DNA of 63,495 nucleotides, counting the filler, from Octopus bimaculoides (lineage: Eukaryota): assembly GCF_001194135.2 (NCBI RefSeq). It is 6 parts of 5 records of this genome, joined end to end, with 100 filler letters (N's around TTAATTAATTAA, not from the genome) between each part and the next. Parts side by side here need not be neighbours in the genome. Positions count along the whole stretch, not along the records: positions 15,391 to 26,179 come from NC_068999.1; positions 26,280 to 45,771 come from NC_068982.1; 4 more parts are not named here. The stretch is one strand, 5' to 3'. This document shows positions 26,051 through 38,702 of the stretch, in pieces. Every line of letters starts with the position of its first letter. Position 1 is the stretch's first letter. The position numbers and the translations under genes were made by a program. The notes beneath the pieces are model-generated. The model had not been told where the DNA came from. It worked only from the letters and a program-made list of their open reading frames with translations, and searched no databases.

Positions 26051-26585
26051 TTCATACTTTGAATTGCCACTAATATTACAATTTTCTCGTAATCTCTTTA
26101 TATGTTTATAAATTATTCACTTAGTTCATTTTCGGAATACACCTTGGGCCTTCACATGATCAAGCACGCACATGAGGTGNNNNNNNNNNNNNNNNNNNNN
26201 NNNNNNNNNNNNNNNNNNNNNNNTTAATTAATTAANNNNNNNNNNNNNNNNNNNNNNNNNNNNNNNNNNNNNNNNNNNNATTGAGAAACCAGTGGTTTAC
26301 CGTTAAGTTAAATGTTTTAAGAGATAAATTTTGAAAGCTGCATTCCCTCGCTTTCAGTAAATATGTTGCTTATTTTTTGGTAGTTTTTGACTTATTTAGT
26401 CTCTCGAAGCGTGAGGCATTACTACACAGTTAATGCCCTTTATATAAATTATTTATATATATTTATGAAAAAATGATGAATTTTTTTCATTATGAAATTT
26501 TTTTCATTATTTTTTTCATTATGAGGTTTTTTCACGCTGACTACTTGATAAATTCTTATAAAGAGTTTATCCTATATTATATTAT

Positions 26586-26663
<78 letters not shown>

Positions 26664-26689
26664 GTCTCTGTGTGTGCGTGTGTGTGTCT

Positions 26690-26885
26690 TTGAGATGTGC
26701 TCATCCTTCCGTCACCTGCTTGACAACCGGTGTTGGTGTGTTTTACATCCCGTAACTTAGCGGTTACCGATAGAATAAGTACTAGGCTTTACAAACAATA
26801 AGTCATGGGGTCGATTTCTCTGACTAAAACCCTTTACGACGGTGCTCCAGCATCGCCACAGTCAAATGACAGAACCTAGTGAAAA
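26690..26885 (+). mobile_element. SINE family A 3' half
   Basis: TTGACAACCGGTGTTGGTGTG...CGTAACTTAGCGGTT...GGTGCTCCAGCATCGCCACAGTCAAATGAC; another copy at 36690-36897. Confidence 0.85.
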
Positions 26886-27139
26886 AAAATTAGTAGCTGA
26901 GCATTCTGAAGGCTCGTGTACGCTTAATGTAATCCTCAGGAGAATCAGCGGGTCTCAGTGTATGTGATTAATTTGTTCCTTTGAACTACAGGTAGAAGGC
27001 ATCCAACGGGACTCTATACAAATTCTGTCTCTTCAATTTCACTCACAAAGAATGGCTTCATTCGAGTTTACAGAAAATGTTGCTTGTCCAAAACGTGGAA
27101 CAGTAGGAACGAACGTGTTACATTGTGTTTGCAAAGCGA

Positions 27140-27525
27140 ACTGTTTAACTATTGGGGCCCTGGGACATGTAACACACTGCCTACATACCAATCGTGAGAA
27201 ATTAGGCTTCTCAAAACCTGAATGCAGAAAGCTAATTCGAAGACTACAGATCCAATCCGTCACTGGAACTGACAAAATCTGTAAAACTTTCCAGAAGTTG
27301 GTCGTTTAAATATATATGAGCATATCTAGATATGTAACTATATGAATGAGAATACATACATAAAACGTACAAATCTGCACATACATACATACATACATAC
27401 ATACATACATAAGTACAAAAATACCCTGTTGTTGATGTTGAAATTTCAATGAAGGAACCTTGAATCTAGGTTAGTAACCGGTTTTCTCTATTAGCAAGAA
27501 ATCTTGAAATAAACTGAATAATGAC
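27140..27525 (+). mobile_element. 3' end of RLE-type LINE family X
   Basis: TIGALGHVTHCL.TN.EKLGFSKPE.RKLIRRLQIQSVTGT.KICKTFQK, then the same 3'UTR and a CATA tail. Confidence 0.88.
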
Positions 27526-28555
27526 ATACATACAGTCAGACAGAGAGACAGGCAGACAGACATATAGATAAATAGAGAGACAGACAGACATATGCATACG
27601 TGTTATACTTTCAAAAATTGGTTTAATTAGTCTAAGGCACCACAAGAGCAGCATTTATACCATTTCAATTCTAATTTAATCCTAAAAGAGGCCAAACAAC
27701 GTACCTATTTTTAACTTAAATATATTCCTACACGAATATAACTTTTAATTCGCTTCCTAAAGAAAATTGTTTCCTGCATTTTCCGGAACTTTTCATTGGG
27801 TTAAATAATTACCATTTCAATTCATAAACGTAACCTTAAGAGAAACTTCTCTTATAAGTGTTACCGTTAATGGTCTTGGAAAGTAAGATTTTGTTTTACT
27901 TCTCGTTGTTGTTGTTGTCACCGTCGTCGTGGTGGTGGGTGGTGGGGGTATTAAAGTTCGTGGTCGAGGGTGTTAGTTTTACATAAAAACTGTGGAAAAG
28001 CTAAAAGATATCTGTTATTTAGAAAGATCGATGACCCATGTGAGACTGTCTATTGGATTATCGCTGACCATTCTCCTTAATTGGTGTCTTTCGTGGTCAC
28101 GGATTCAAAACTACTGAAGAAAAACTATAATAACATAAGAGAAAAAAAACCTAGCTCGAATAAACAACTGGAAAATAACTGAGAGAAAATTTAAATCAAT
28201 TGGCTATGTGATTTAAAGAAAGTTCTAGTATAAGTTATGCATTATATTCACGATTTGATGGCAATTTAGGAATTCACATAGTTGTGCGCGCACTAATTTG
28301 ATAGAATTTGCTGGAGAGAGTCAGTTTATTTTGGCATAGAACCAACGTTGGAATATAGGTCCTGGGAACCAATCATTGTTCGGAGCTAAAGCAGAGATTT
28401 TGGTGTTTCATATCATTGTTTAATTCTTGGAAATTTAAGCCAATACTAGATTGAAAGTCTATTATAATTATGTTAAATTAGACAAGTTTACAGATTTAAC
28501 TACGTGTGTGTGTATATATATATATATATATGTGTGTGTGTATACATGTATGCCT

Positions 28556-28597
<42 letters not shown>

Positions 28598-29479
28598 ATG
28601 TTAATATGAATGCGTGTGTGTTATGCGTGTCTAAATATCTGTTGGGGGTGTTGTTTTTACCATAAAATATCACATATTATATCGGAGAAAGGTCATAACA
28701 AATGTTTTTAAATCGTCTCAGACGCAAATGTCCAGACTGGCACCGGTGATACAGATGTTGGTCAAATGCCAGGAAATTCTGCTGACAAGTTCATAGTTCC
28801 TCTCAGGAAAAGTTAAATAATAATTATTTAACCTTCTATGTATTTTTAAAATAGAATCGAACACTGCTAAACGCACAAGCAAAACANNNNNNNNNNNNNN
28901 NNNNNNNNNNNNNNNNNNNNNNNNNNNNNNNNNNNNNNNNNNNNNNNNNNNNNNNNNNNNNNNNNNNNNNNNNNNNNNNNNNNNNNNNNNNNNNNNNNNN
29001 NNNNNNNNNNNNNNNNNNNNNNNNNNNNNNNNNNNNNNNNNNNNNNNNNNNNNNNNNNNNNNNNNNNNNNNNNNNNNNNNNNNNNNNNNNNNNNNNNNNN
29101 NNNNNNNNNNNNNNNNNNNNNNNNNNNNNNNNNNNNNNNNNNNNNNNNNNNNNNNNNNNNNNNNNNNNNNNNNNNNNNNNNNNNNNNNNNNNNNNNNNNN
29201 NNNNNNNNNNNNNNNNNNNNNNNNNNNNNNNNNNNNNNNNNNNNNNNNNNNNNNNNNNNNNNNNNNNNNNNNNNNNNNNNNNNNNNNNNNNNNNNNNNNN
29301 NNNNNNNNNNNNNNNNNNNNNNNNNNNNNNNNNNNNNNNNNNNNNNNNNNNNNNNNNNNNNNNNNNNNNNNNNNNNNNNNNNNNNNNNNNNNNNNNNNNN
29401 NNNNNNNNNNTATATATGTATGAATGCATGTATGAACTAGAAAAGAAACGTCGCACTCTAAAAGATTGTTTCACACACA

Positions 29480-29985
29480 TAAGGGTATTATCAAATTTCT
29501 AGGTAATTTGATATGAGGAAGGCATCACTAACCCACAACACCACTCTTATTTGAAAGCGCAACGATTACATGTAGGGTTCGAATTCGCTCACTTTTCGTG
29601 AACATGGTAATGCTCGCAAACGCATCCTTATGCAAAGCATGGTGCACGTGCAAAACGTTGATGCATTGGGTATAAAAGACACCCAAATTTACCAGCCTGT
29701 CATTTGTTTCCCGGACGCAGCAAGCATTCCAAGACTGACGCGAAATCAGAGGGAGCAAGCCATCAGACGTCTCCATGCTCGCAAAACGTCCATGGGTCAT
29801 TGATAATGACTTGAACTGCAGTATTCGGATACCTGAGCAGCTGAGGAATAGAATGCAACAAACAGCACGGGTGATCGTACATGCAGTGGCCCACTGAGGG
29901 TTACAACGGCACGTCTAGATTGCAACCTACACCGACAACACTTGCAGGACGGATTCCAGAGAGCAACGGAATCAGCTTTATTTTA
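29480..29985 (+). mobile_element. Tc1-type transposon 5' fragment
   Basis: IPRLTRNQREQAIRRLHAR...NDLNCSIRI..LRNRMQQT...DRTCSGPLRVTTARLD...HLQD.FQRATESA resembles the Tc1 paired-like HTH N-terminus. Confidence 0.8.
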
Positions 29986-30157
29986 TTTGTTTACTTTTTT
30001 TTTTCACTGTCTTTCTTCCACCTTTTCTCTATCACATGACTTTGTAAATGAACTATCTGGTGTGTTTATTTTAATGACCGACCAATGTATAAAGTACGTT
30101 TCTCTGCCCTAAGTATCGGGAAGACACTCAGCAAGAAACGGAAACAGAATTGAAAGA

Positions 30158-30158
30158 A

Positions 30159-30232
<74 letters not shown>

Positions 30233-30285
30233 TGATGATGATGATGATGATGATGATGATAATAATAATAATAATGATAATAACT
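30158..30285. repeat. Compound trinucleotide (GAT)n(GAC)n(GAT)n(AAT)n
   Basis: Directly visible. Confidence 0.95.
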
Positions 30286-30525
30286 ATTGGAGTCGATTCG
30301 TTCCACTAGAATTCTTGAAGACGGTGCTCTAGTATGGCTGCAGTTTAATGATTGAAACAAGTAAAAGATAAGATTTAAAACGTCATAAAGAACAGACAAT
30401 TACTGAAATTTGTAGTTAGAATAGTTTGAGAAAATATTCTCTTGAATAGGGTAACAGAATATCAGCACTTTCAGTGAATTTCTCTCTCTTGCTCTCTTTC
30501 TCTTTCTCTTTATCTCTATTTCTCT

Positions 30526-31994
30526 CTATCTCTCTATCTCTTTCTCTCTCTCTCTGTTCTTCTCATTATTCTGAGAATACAGTCCAACTCCGACGAGCAC
30601 ACATATATAACTGTGTGAGGTGGAAGAGAATTATATGAATAAGTGAACATTGGAACTTCTTGAAAAATTAAAGTTTTGCGAGTGTAATGATGATGTAATA
30701 AATCTAATCAATAATTAATAAAACTCTCACCTGACCAAAATATGGAGCTTAGCGTTTTGTTTGAGTCAAATCTCAGGCAGTAATGTCCATTAGTTCTCTC
30801 CATGGACTTCATGCTAGGAAACCATTTTTTCCTCATTTTATAACTGTCATTTGAAGTAGGCATTGCAAGTGAGATGTGAAAACCGTTTATGCCAACTGGT
30901 TGTTAAAGAATAATGTAATTTCCCGAGCAGAGTTCATTTTCGAATGCGAACCAAGAATTTTAAATTACCAACACCTGACTATTAACATATATCTATTTGT
31001 TAAACACAGACGCTTAGATTCAAATTTTACATTTCATATTTTCCTTTAAATTTTTGGTTATAAAACATAAAACATGGAGGTACACCATAATTTTTTTTTA
31101 TGAAACTGTTTATATTGCCTAACGCCAATTTCTAGACTAAAGAATTTTTCTTCAATACGCAAATCAATAAAAACCAAACTATTAATCCAATCAAGTTATT
31201 CCCTTGAAAATTACAGAATTTCCAATTTAATTATCACCTTTGAAAATAGCAAAAGGAAGGTTGGCATCAATTCATGAGTTGGGCTCTTGTGATTTTAAAA
31301 TTTTGCAAAGGTATCGACTTCTAAAAGGCATATTAATAAATTCTTCAAAATTGATTCCCAATACTCATGTTTCAGTTTTTTCAAACTTCGTTTTTACATT
31401 TTTCAAAGAGAATTTTTTTTAACATTATCGTTAAAAGAAAAGAAAATGTACATAAATATAAAAAAATGTATTGATGAATGTCACTAAAACAGAGAACTTA
31501 TATTGGATCAAAGAATAATTATACGTTGAATGAAGCACTTTGGAATAGAGAGGAGTTAGGGGAAGGCGTAGAGTAAAGAAGACAGAAGTGTGAACAAAGG
31601 ATGAGAGAAAGGAGGTGAGGATGAAATTCAGAGGAAGAAATAGAGATTAAGATCAAATATATTAAGTTCTATAGATTTATGCTAATCAACTAAAATTATT
31701 CATTATCAACATTTCTGTCACCCTCACACAGTTGAAGAAGTATTAGAGATTTACACAGTGGTGGTTTATATGATATCAACCATTGAGCTATCTGTGTATT
31801 TGACCGAGTTCATATATACTTAATACATGCATCTATAAATGTGATGGCTAATGCATGCATTAAAATTCAAATATCTTGGAGTCATTCAATAATAGTTGAG
31901 CATATTTATTCAGCTACATAAAACCTGTTTGCATTACAAGTTTGTAGCGGCAAATATCATCTTTGAGAGTAGTCCAGTCTGAATTACACATTGA
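30526..31994 (-). CDS. Candidate spliced gene fragment, possibly C-type-lectin-like (exons 31994-31938, 31791-31722, 30895-30731, 30658-30526)
   Basis: Four AG/GT-bounded open segments with compatible phases (0-0, 0-1, 1-1, 1-stop); the join reads SMCNSDWTTLKDDICRYKL-IAQWLISYKPPLCKSL...-GINGFH...W...GHYCLRF...FWS; no homology search was run. Confidence 0.35.
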
Positions 31995-33217
31995 CTGCAA
32001 TAATGATGTTAACGTTTAAATACATGAGAGAAGAAGGATACATCAAAGTAAATATTGATTGAACGAACTTTAAAACGGTGATGTGAATATTTTAATGCTT
32101 ATCTTGTATAAATATCTTTATGAAATGGATTTATAGATTGTGTACGCATTGAGGCGGCCAAACACATGCATTTATATATGCACACATATATAAAGGGAAT
32201 GATGGGTATAATAAAATTGCATGATTTGAATACTCAAGCTTGCTAGGTATAATCAGCTATCTGAGTTTTAACTTTAGTTATTTACTTTTAATGCATTATT
32301 TTCATACATTTCTTGTATATTTAAGTATTAATAACCTTCATCATCTCTATTTTATGAGTTCCTTATATGGTAATTTTATTATTAGTAAAACTCCACACAC
32401 ATTTTAATTCCAAATCCTACATCAATATCTTTACTAAATCCATGTATTCTTTATTCGAAAGTGTCCATTTGATCATTATTATTTACGAACAGATGCAAGT
32501 CATCCATAAAGAGAGCATTATGTTACGCTTCTTGCTTTCATAATACACCCACACCTTACCTTTCTAACTAGCTGTAATAAAGGCCTTCATGCATATTACA
32601 AAAGCGTAGTGGTGACAAGCTAATCACCATGAAAGATTTCTCTATTGATCTTAATAATTCTTACCACCTAACCGGAAGAGATTAATTTTGTGTTCCATTT
32701 ACTCATACCCTTTACAATCATCTCACATTCTCTGCTGATACTACAGTCTCTAAACCTTCTTATGCTAAGAAATAACGTGATACGAGGCATACAAGGTATT
32801 GGTCAACCAGATGCTATGATAGAAAGTGCTTACCCGAAGTGCAGTGCAACGGATCGAATCCGAGAATAGTTGTTGCAAGCAAAATCGGGCAGCTTGATCA
32901 GGTACACATATAGTTTTATTATGTATTTATCTACAAATTGTTATCATTCCTAGTTGCTATTGGGATTGTTTCTATTCTCAATCACTACATTAGAATTATC
33001 TCTCTTTCATATTGTTACATTTAGATAATTCTTGCATTTCTGTGCTGTGTTGCTCTTAAGAATATCGACATCATATATCCCAGTATTCCTCTCTACGTAT
33101 CTAGGTCTGTGAATGTGTATGTGTTTGTGATATTGTCATTTTCTGAGACGTTTATTGTTCGTAGCAACAGTTGTTTTATTATTATTGTTGTTGTTGTTAT
33201 TATTATTATTATTATTA

Positions 33218-33278
<61 letters not shown>

Positions 33279-33295
33279 CATTATTATTATTATTA

Positions 33296-33481
33296 AAGCG
33301 GCGAGCTGGCAGAATCGTTAGCGCGCTGGACGAAATGCTCAGCGGTGTTTCCCCGCATTGGTACGTTCTGAGTCCAAATTCCGACGAGGTCCATAAAATA
33401 TGTACCAGTTAAACACTGGGGTCGATGTAATCGACTCATCCCCTCCCCTAAAATTGCTGCCCTTGTAACAATATTTCAAAC

Positions 33482-33556
<75 letters not shown>

Positions 33557-33557
33557 G

Positions 33558-33607
<50 letters not shown>

Positions 33608-34035
33608 GATTATTATTGAGTGAGAGAGCAGTGCATGCCATCAAAGTGGTCCTTCCCGCTCAAAAGGTCACTGAATAATGTCTGTCTAAGGATGTTGAAC
33701 GAAATACCCATGTTTCCAAAGGTGAATTATCCAAACCCAAAAGAATTCCTCTCGGCACATGGCTATGATGCTCCCCCACAACTTCTGCTCATGATCAGAG
33801 ATACACATATCGTCAGCAACCAAGGGACATGCTCAACTGGCTAAGGTCAAACAACTGACAAGCAAATCTGTAGTATTGAGCAGAATATTTTATACCAAGA
33901 CAAGAACAATGTACATGAAAACATTTCCAATCAGTTAAGATAAGAAGCCAATGGAGCCACTGCCTGATACAGCATCAAGGCATAGCCATTGCCTGGAACT
34001 GCATCAGGGAATAGTCACTGGCTGTTACTGCAACA

Positions 34036-34071
<36 letters not shown>

Positions 34072-34505
34072 GGCGGTGTGCTGACAGAATCGTTAGCTCG
34101 CTGGTCGAAATGCTTCGTGGTATTTCGCCCGTTGCTACCTTCTGAGTTCAAATTCAGCCGAGGTCGACTTTGTCTGTCATCCATTCAGAGTCGATAAGGT
34201 AAGTACCAGTTGAGTATTGGGGTCGATGTAATCAACTAGCCCTCTTCCCTAAAATTTCAGGTCTTATGCCATTAGAAGAAAGAATTATTATTATTATTAT
34301 TATTACGCAAAATCGTTAGCGCGCTGGACGAAATGCATAGCGGTATTTCGCCCGTCGCTAGGTTTTGAGTTCGAATTCCACCGAGGTCGACTTTACCTTT
34401 CACCCTTTAGGGGTCGATAAATTAAGTACCAGTTGAAAACTGGGTCGATGTAATCGATTCATCCCCTCCCCCAAAATGGCTGCCTTTGTGATAAAATTTA
34501 AAACG

Positions 34506-34549
<44 letters not shown>

Positions 34550-34551
34550 TA

Positions 34552-34609
<58 letters not shown>

Positions 34610-34760
34610 CATTATTATTGGCGAGCTTAGCGGTATTTCGCCCGCTTTACGTTCTGTATTCAAATTCCGAGGTCAACTTTGCCTTTTATGCTTTCGCAGT
34701 CGATAAACTAAGTACCAGTTACTTCCCCAAAATTTCAGTCCTTGTACCTATAGTAGAAAT
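33296..34760 (+). mobile_element. Cluster of 4 co-oriented family B SINEs plus a family E repeat in (TTA)n tracts
   Basis: SINE copies at ~33296-33483, 34070-34285, 34308-34505 and 34620-34760, each bounded by (TTA)n. Confidence 0.9.
33618..34036. mobile_element. Unclassified ~420-bp interspersed repeat (family E); second copy inverted at ~58395-58660
   Basis: CTTCTGCTCATGATCAGAGAT.CACATAT...AAGGTCAAACAACTGACAAGCAAATCTGT.GTATTGAGCAGAATATT in both copies; both abut TTA/AAT tracts. Confidence 0.85.
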
Positions 34761-34770
34761 GAATATTATT

Positions 34771-34808
<38 letters not shown>

Positions 34809-34838
34809 TTCCATCATTATTTAGTAGTAATAACAGCA

Positions 34839-34890
<52 letters not shown>

Positions 34891-36191
34891 TCAACACAAG
34901 AAGAGTTCACAACTTCTTGCGGAAGCAGAAGAGTATCAGAGGATTACGTGCCGTGCCATTTCACACCTTTAGCAAGAGGGAATGCAATGCGTCCACGAAT
35001 CTATTCCGAAAAAGAAGCAGTAATTTCCAACAAGATGAGTCGTCACGCAACGTAACATAACAACATGACAATAAAATCACGGTCGATCATGAGAAATACC
35101 AATGAATTCGGCAATATTAACAATAGCAGATGTCAACGAAAAAAAAAAAAAGCAACATCAACAACTAAAAGTGTAATCCCTCCTGCAAATCCGACAAACC
35201 TTTTAGAGAAATGACTCCGCAAAATAACAAGAAAACATGCAATTTCTAAGAAACGATGTTACTCTTCCCTGTCCCTTTCAATTGCCGTGTATTGCAACAG
35301 CGTTGAATCTGAATATCCACTTTGATCGATACTAAAATATTTTTTAAACCCGAAAAGCTAGCAGGTCTAAAGTCACAGAGAAATGTGTGAGAATGCTGGA
35401 TCTCCTAGAGGACAAATAACAACAGCAACAACAATGCAAAGAACTGCAAAAGCAAAACCATAATTAGCAACAACACAGCAGGAAAAACTGCTGTAGTTAC
35501 AACTACAAAGACCACAGCAACAGGACAACCAACAATGAAACTAAAACAAACACAATATTAACAATAACAGCTGTCCGCAACTTCACACAGCAAACATTAC
35601 AACTATGTCCTCCCAACCATCTTTCCCCCACCTCAAAAGAATGGTAGAAACTATTAGGGGCGGGATAGAAACGTTTGATCTAATATCTATAAGACAGACT
35701 CCGCGTGAGGACGACATTAAAAGTACATAGATCTATAAGGAACAAATTCTCAATCTACGTACAGCTGTTTAAATATATTCCAACGTCTAAATTGCTGGAA
35801 GATTTCTTCAGGGGATTTAAAATACACGTCAAAAAGAACAGTGAGGTAAGGAATGTTCTCCAATCTTCGGTTTAATCAATGTTGTGAATGCGAACACTTG
35901 CAGGTGTTTGGTAATAAGATCACTTGCTGAATTACCTTAGCTAAATTTAGATGTAATTAGGCATTAGAAGAACTAATCGACCGTCAAACCCTCCTCCCAC
36001 AACATTTCAGGCCTATAGTAGAAATAATAATTATTACTATCATGAAATTCCGATAAAACAATATTAAATTTTTAATAACATTACTTGCACTGTGCAGAAT
36101 CTAATCTTATTTTGTCATTTCATTTTCCTTTTAACTGAATCAACATATCAAGATATATATAAATAATTATTATGTCTAAATTATTATGTCT

Positions 36192-36363
36192 AAACATTCA
36201 GTAACAGTACTCTAGAGTAAAGATTATTCACCAACATAATGTGGCAGTCCTGATTAGGACGAATGTTACTGTTATTTAACCCCAGGAAACATTCGTCATA
36301 ATCAGGACTGCCACATTATGTTGGTAAATAATCTTTACTCTAGAGTACTGTTACTGAATGTTT
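36192..36363. repeat. Near-perfect 74-bp inverted duplication (hairpin)
   Basis: 36192-36265 is the reverse complement of 36290-36363 with about 2 mismatches. Confidence 0.92.
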
Positions 36364-36480
36364 CTCGTTCAGAAATTCAGAAATAATAATTCTCTATTTA
36401 TGAGATCAGTGCCTGTATGTCACTTTAAAAAGTATATATTTCGAACAAGAGTCTAGTGTCGCAATCTCTAGCCGACTAGT

Positions 36481-36531
36481 TATCCTGTGCTGATGAAGTC
36501 AAATAACCCAGAAACAAGTGGTACACAGATA
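36481..36531 (+). ncRNA. Minimal type I hammerhead ribozyme-like motif
   Basis: TATCCTGTG-CTGATGA-agtcaaataaccca-GAAAC-aagtg-GTA-CACAGATA: intact core, stem I with one bulge, weak stem II. Confidence 0.6.
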
Positions 36532-37199
36532 TTGGTTTGGGCTGAGTGAGGACGCTGAACTCCCGCGTTCGAAAATATAAGGACGCAGATAGTGCGTCGA
36601 TAATCAGCTCGAGACTATATTTCCTGGGGCTGAATAACAGTAACATTCGTCCTAATCAGGCTTCTACATTATGTTGGCAAATAATTTTGTGTGTCTGTGT
36701 TTGTCCACCCAACATCGCTTGACAACCGATGGTGGTGTGTTTACGTCCCCGTAACTTAGCGGTTCGGCAAATGAACCCGATATAATAAGTACTAAGCTTA
36801 CAAAGAATAAGTTCTGGGGTCAGTTTGCTCGAGGAAAGGCGGTGCTCCAGTATGGCCGCAGTCAAATGACTGAAACAAGTAAAAGAGTAAAAAGAGTATA
36901 CCTTTCATAAAAACCTTGAAAGTATTTTTCCTGACGTTCTATATTTATATGTGTATGTGCCTGCCTAGTGTGTGCGTGTGTATATGCATACACTTACACA
37001 CATGAACAGAAAACAGACAGACAGACAGACAGATTGATAGATATCGATATATAGATACGTACATATATTCAAACATAGAGTATACACGATATTTGTAACG
37101 AAAGAAAGTGTGAATAACATTTTTATTAATTGACATAGGTTGTTTAAATGCACATGATGGAAAAAATATCTCTTTTTTCTGTAGGGACCCTTGACACCG

Positions 37200-38260
37200 T
37201 CTTTTATTGCTGCAAGCAAATAACGGGTTCCAAGCAGAAGCAAAGTGTCATCATTGAGTTCTTGGCGATGGAGGAGTGCAGACAATCTGTCATCTAAAGA
37301 CGGCTACCGATTGTTTAGAGAGATTACACCGTTAAAAAAAAAAAGCGATGCTCTCAGATGGATGGAGTTTCAACAAAAGAAAACAGCATGGAAATCAAAC
37401 CCTTCAGTGACAGATTATCATTTTCGACCAATGACATGAACTGGGAGTAAGCGGACAGACAAAACACAATCCGTAAACTTAGGGCACAACCAGACTGAGG
37501 TCACAGTGCATTACAGAAAATTATGAAATATTTTATGTATCGTAAAATAAAGCGTGTACAAATTGAATACATCAGTAGTTAATCTCAGATTTCAAGGAGA
37601 GAAGTGTAGAAGTCTTCATTGATCAACAAACGATTGAATATACGTTTATTCTCCGATTTGTTGACAGGGAATGAAATGAAATTTCAGCCCATCAATTGGC
37701 GTTACATCTCTTCAAGACCTCTTGAAGAGCAAACGATTTACAAAGAAAATCGTGGCGAGATGACAAGGCGTAAATTTTCTTGCTTTTTGGCATGTGACTG
37801 TCACGTGAACAATGAGCTGTACAACGACACATTTAAAAAGCATAGCATACGCTTAAAGAGGAAGAGACCGAAAAAGAATTAGAAAATTATCCACATCCAC
37901 CATATGAAGCGTGACCAGGCATTTTTGCAACAAATTAAGTAATCCGCAGATTGAGTTGCTCAGTCGTCCAGTCGTCCAGTCATCCTGTCATCCTATCGTC
38001 TACCATCAACCGTACAGCCCGGACCTCACGCCTTCCAGCATCGTCGTATTTCTTCTAATCAAGGGATGTCTGTGGGGACAACGATTTGATAACATAAACG
38101 AGACAAAAATGCTGGGAAAATGTGAGTTCACCAGCGCATACCTGAATTTTTTCAAAGAGTATTCGAGAGTTGAGTTCAATGAGTAGTACCTTCGTATAGA
38201 GAAAATGTAACTAAACCTAATGTGCAGTTTTAACGACCAGCTTCACTTAAAAAAAGAAAT
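37200..38260 (+). mobile_element. Degraded mariner remnants
   Basis: KQ.VIIEFLAMEE...RRL N-terminal motif; C-terminal HQPYSPDLTPS...IKGCLWGQRFDNINE. Confidence 0.75.
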
Positions 38261-38662
38261 TCGTATTCACTTTTGCATTACTCCCAGTATAATTCACATC
38301 CCTGTGCATATGTATATATGTATATAATTCACATCCCTGTGCATATGTATATATACACTGATTTGTGTGTTAAATACACATACATACAAAAATAAGAACA
38401 TACAACTGAAGTGTTGGTGTAACTTTCTTTATCTGCATTTATTTGTGACAATACAACAGTATGACTTAATGCGTAGCATATATTGTATATTACTGCCGAT
38501 ATGTAAACATAATTTATCTTCCTAAATTATTATAACAAGGAGAATGCTGTGAAACGGCCGTAATTCTAAGGATAACAAGTGGTTAAATAAATATATTCAC
38601 CGTTCATACTTCCTGACTTTTTATGGTTTAAGCATATGCGTGTGCGTGTGGAGAGAGAAATC

Positions 38663-38702
<40 letters not shown>

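Noticed and set aside
38288-38352. Short tandem duplications (33 bp here; 16 bp at ~51458-51496; 14 bp at ~36165-36192)
   Set aside because: Ordinary slippage-type local duplications
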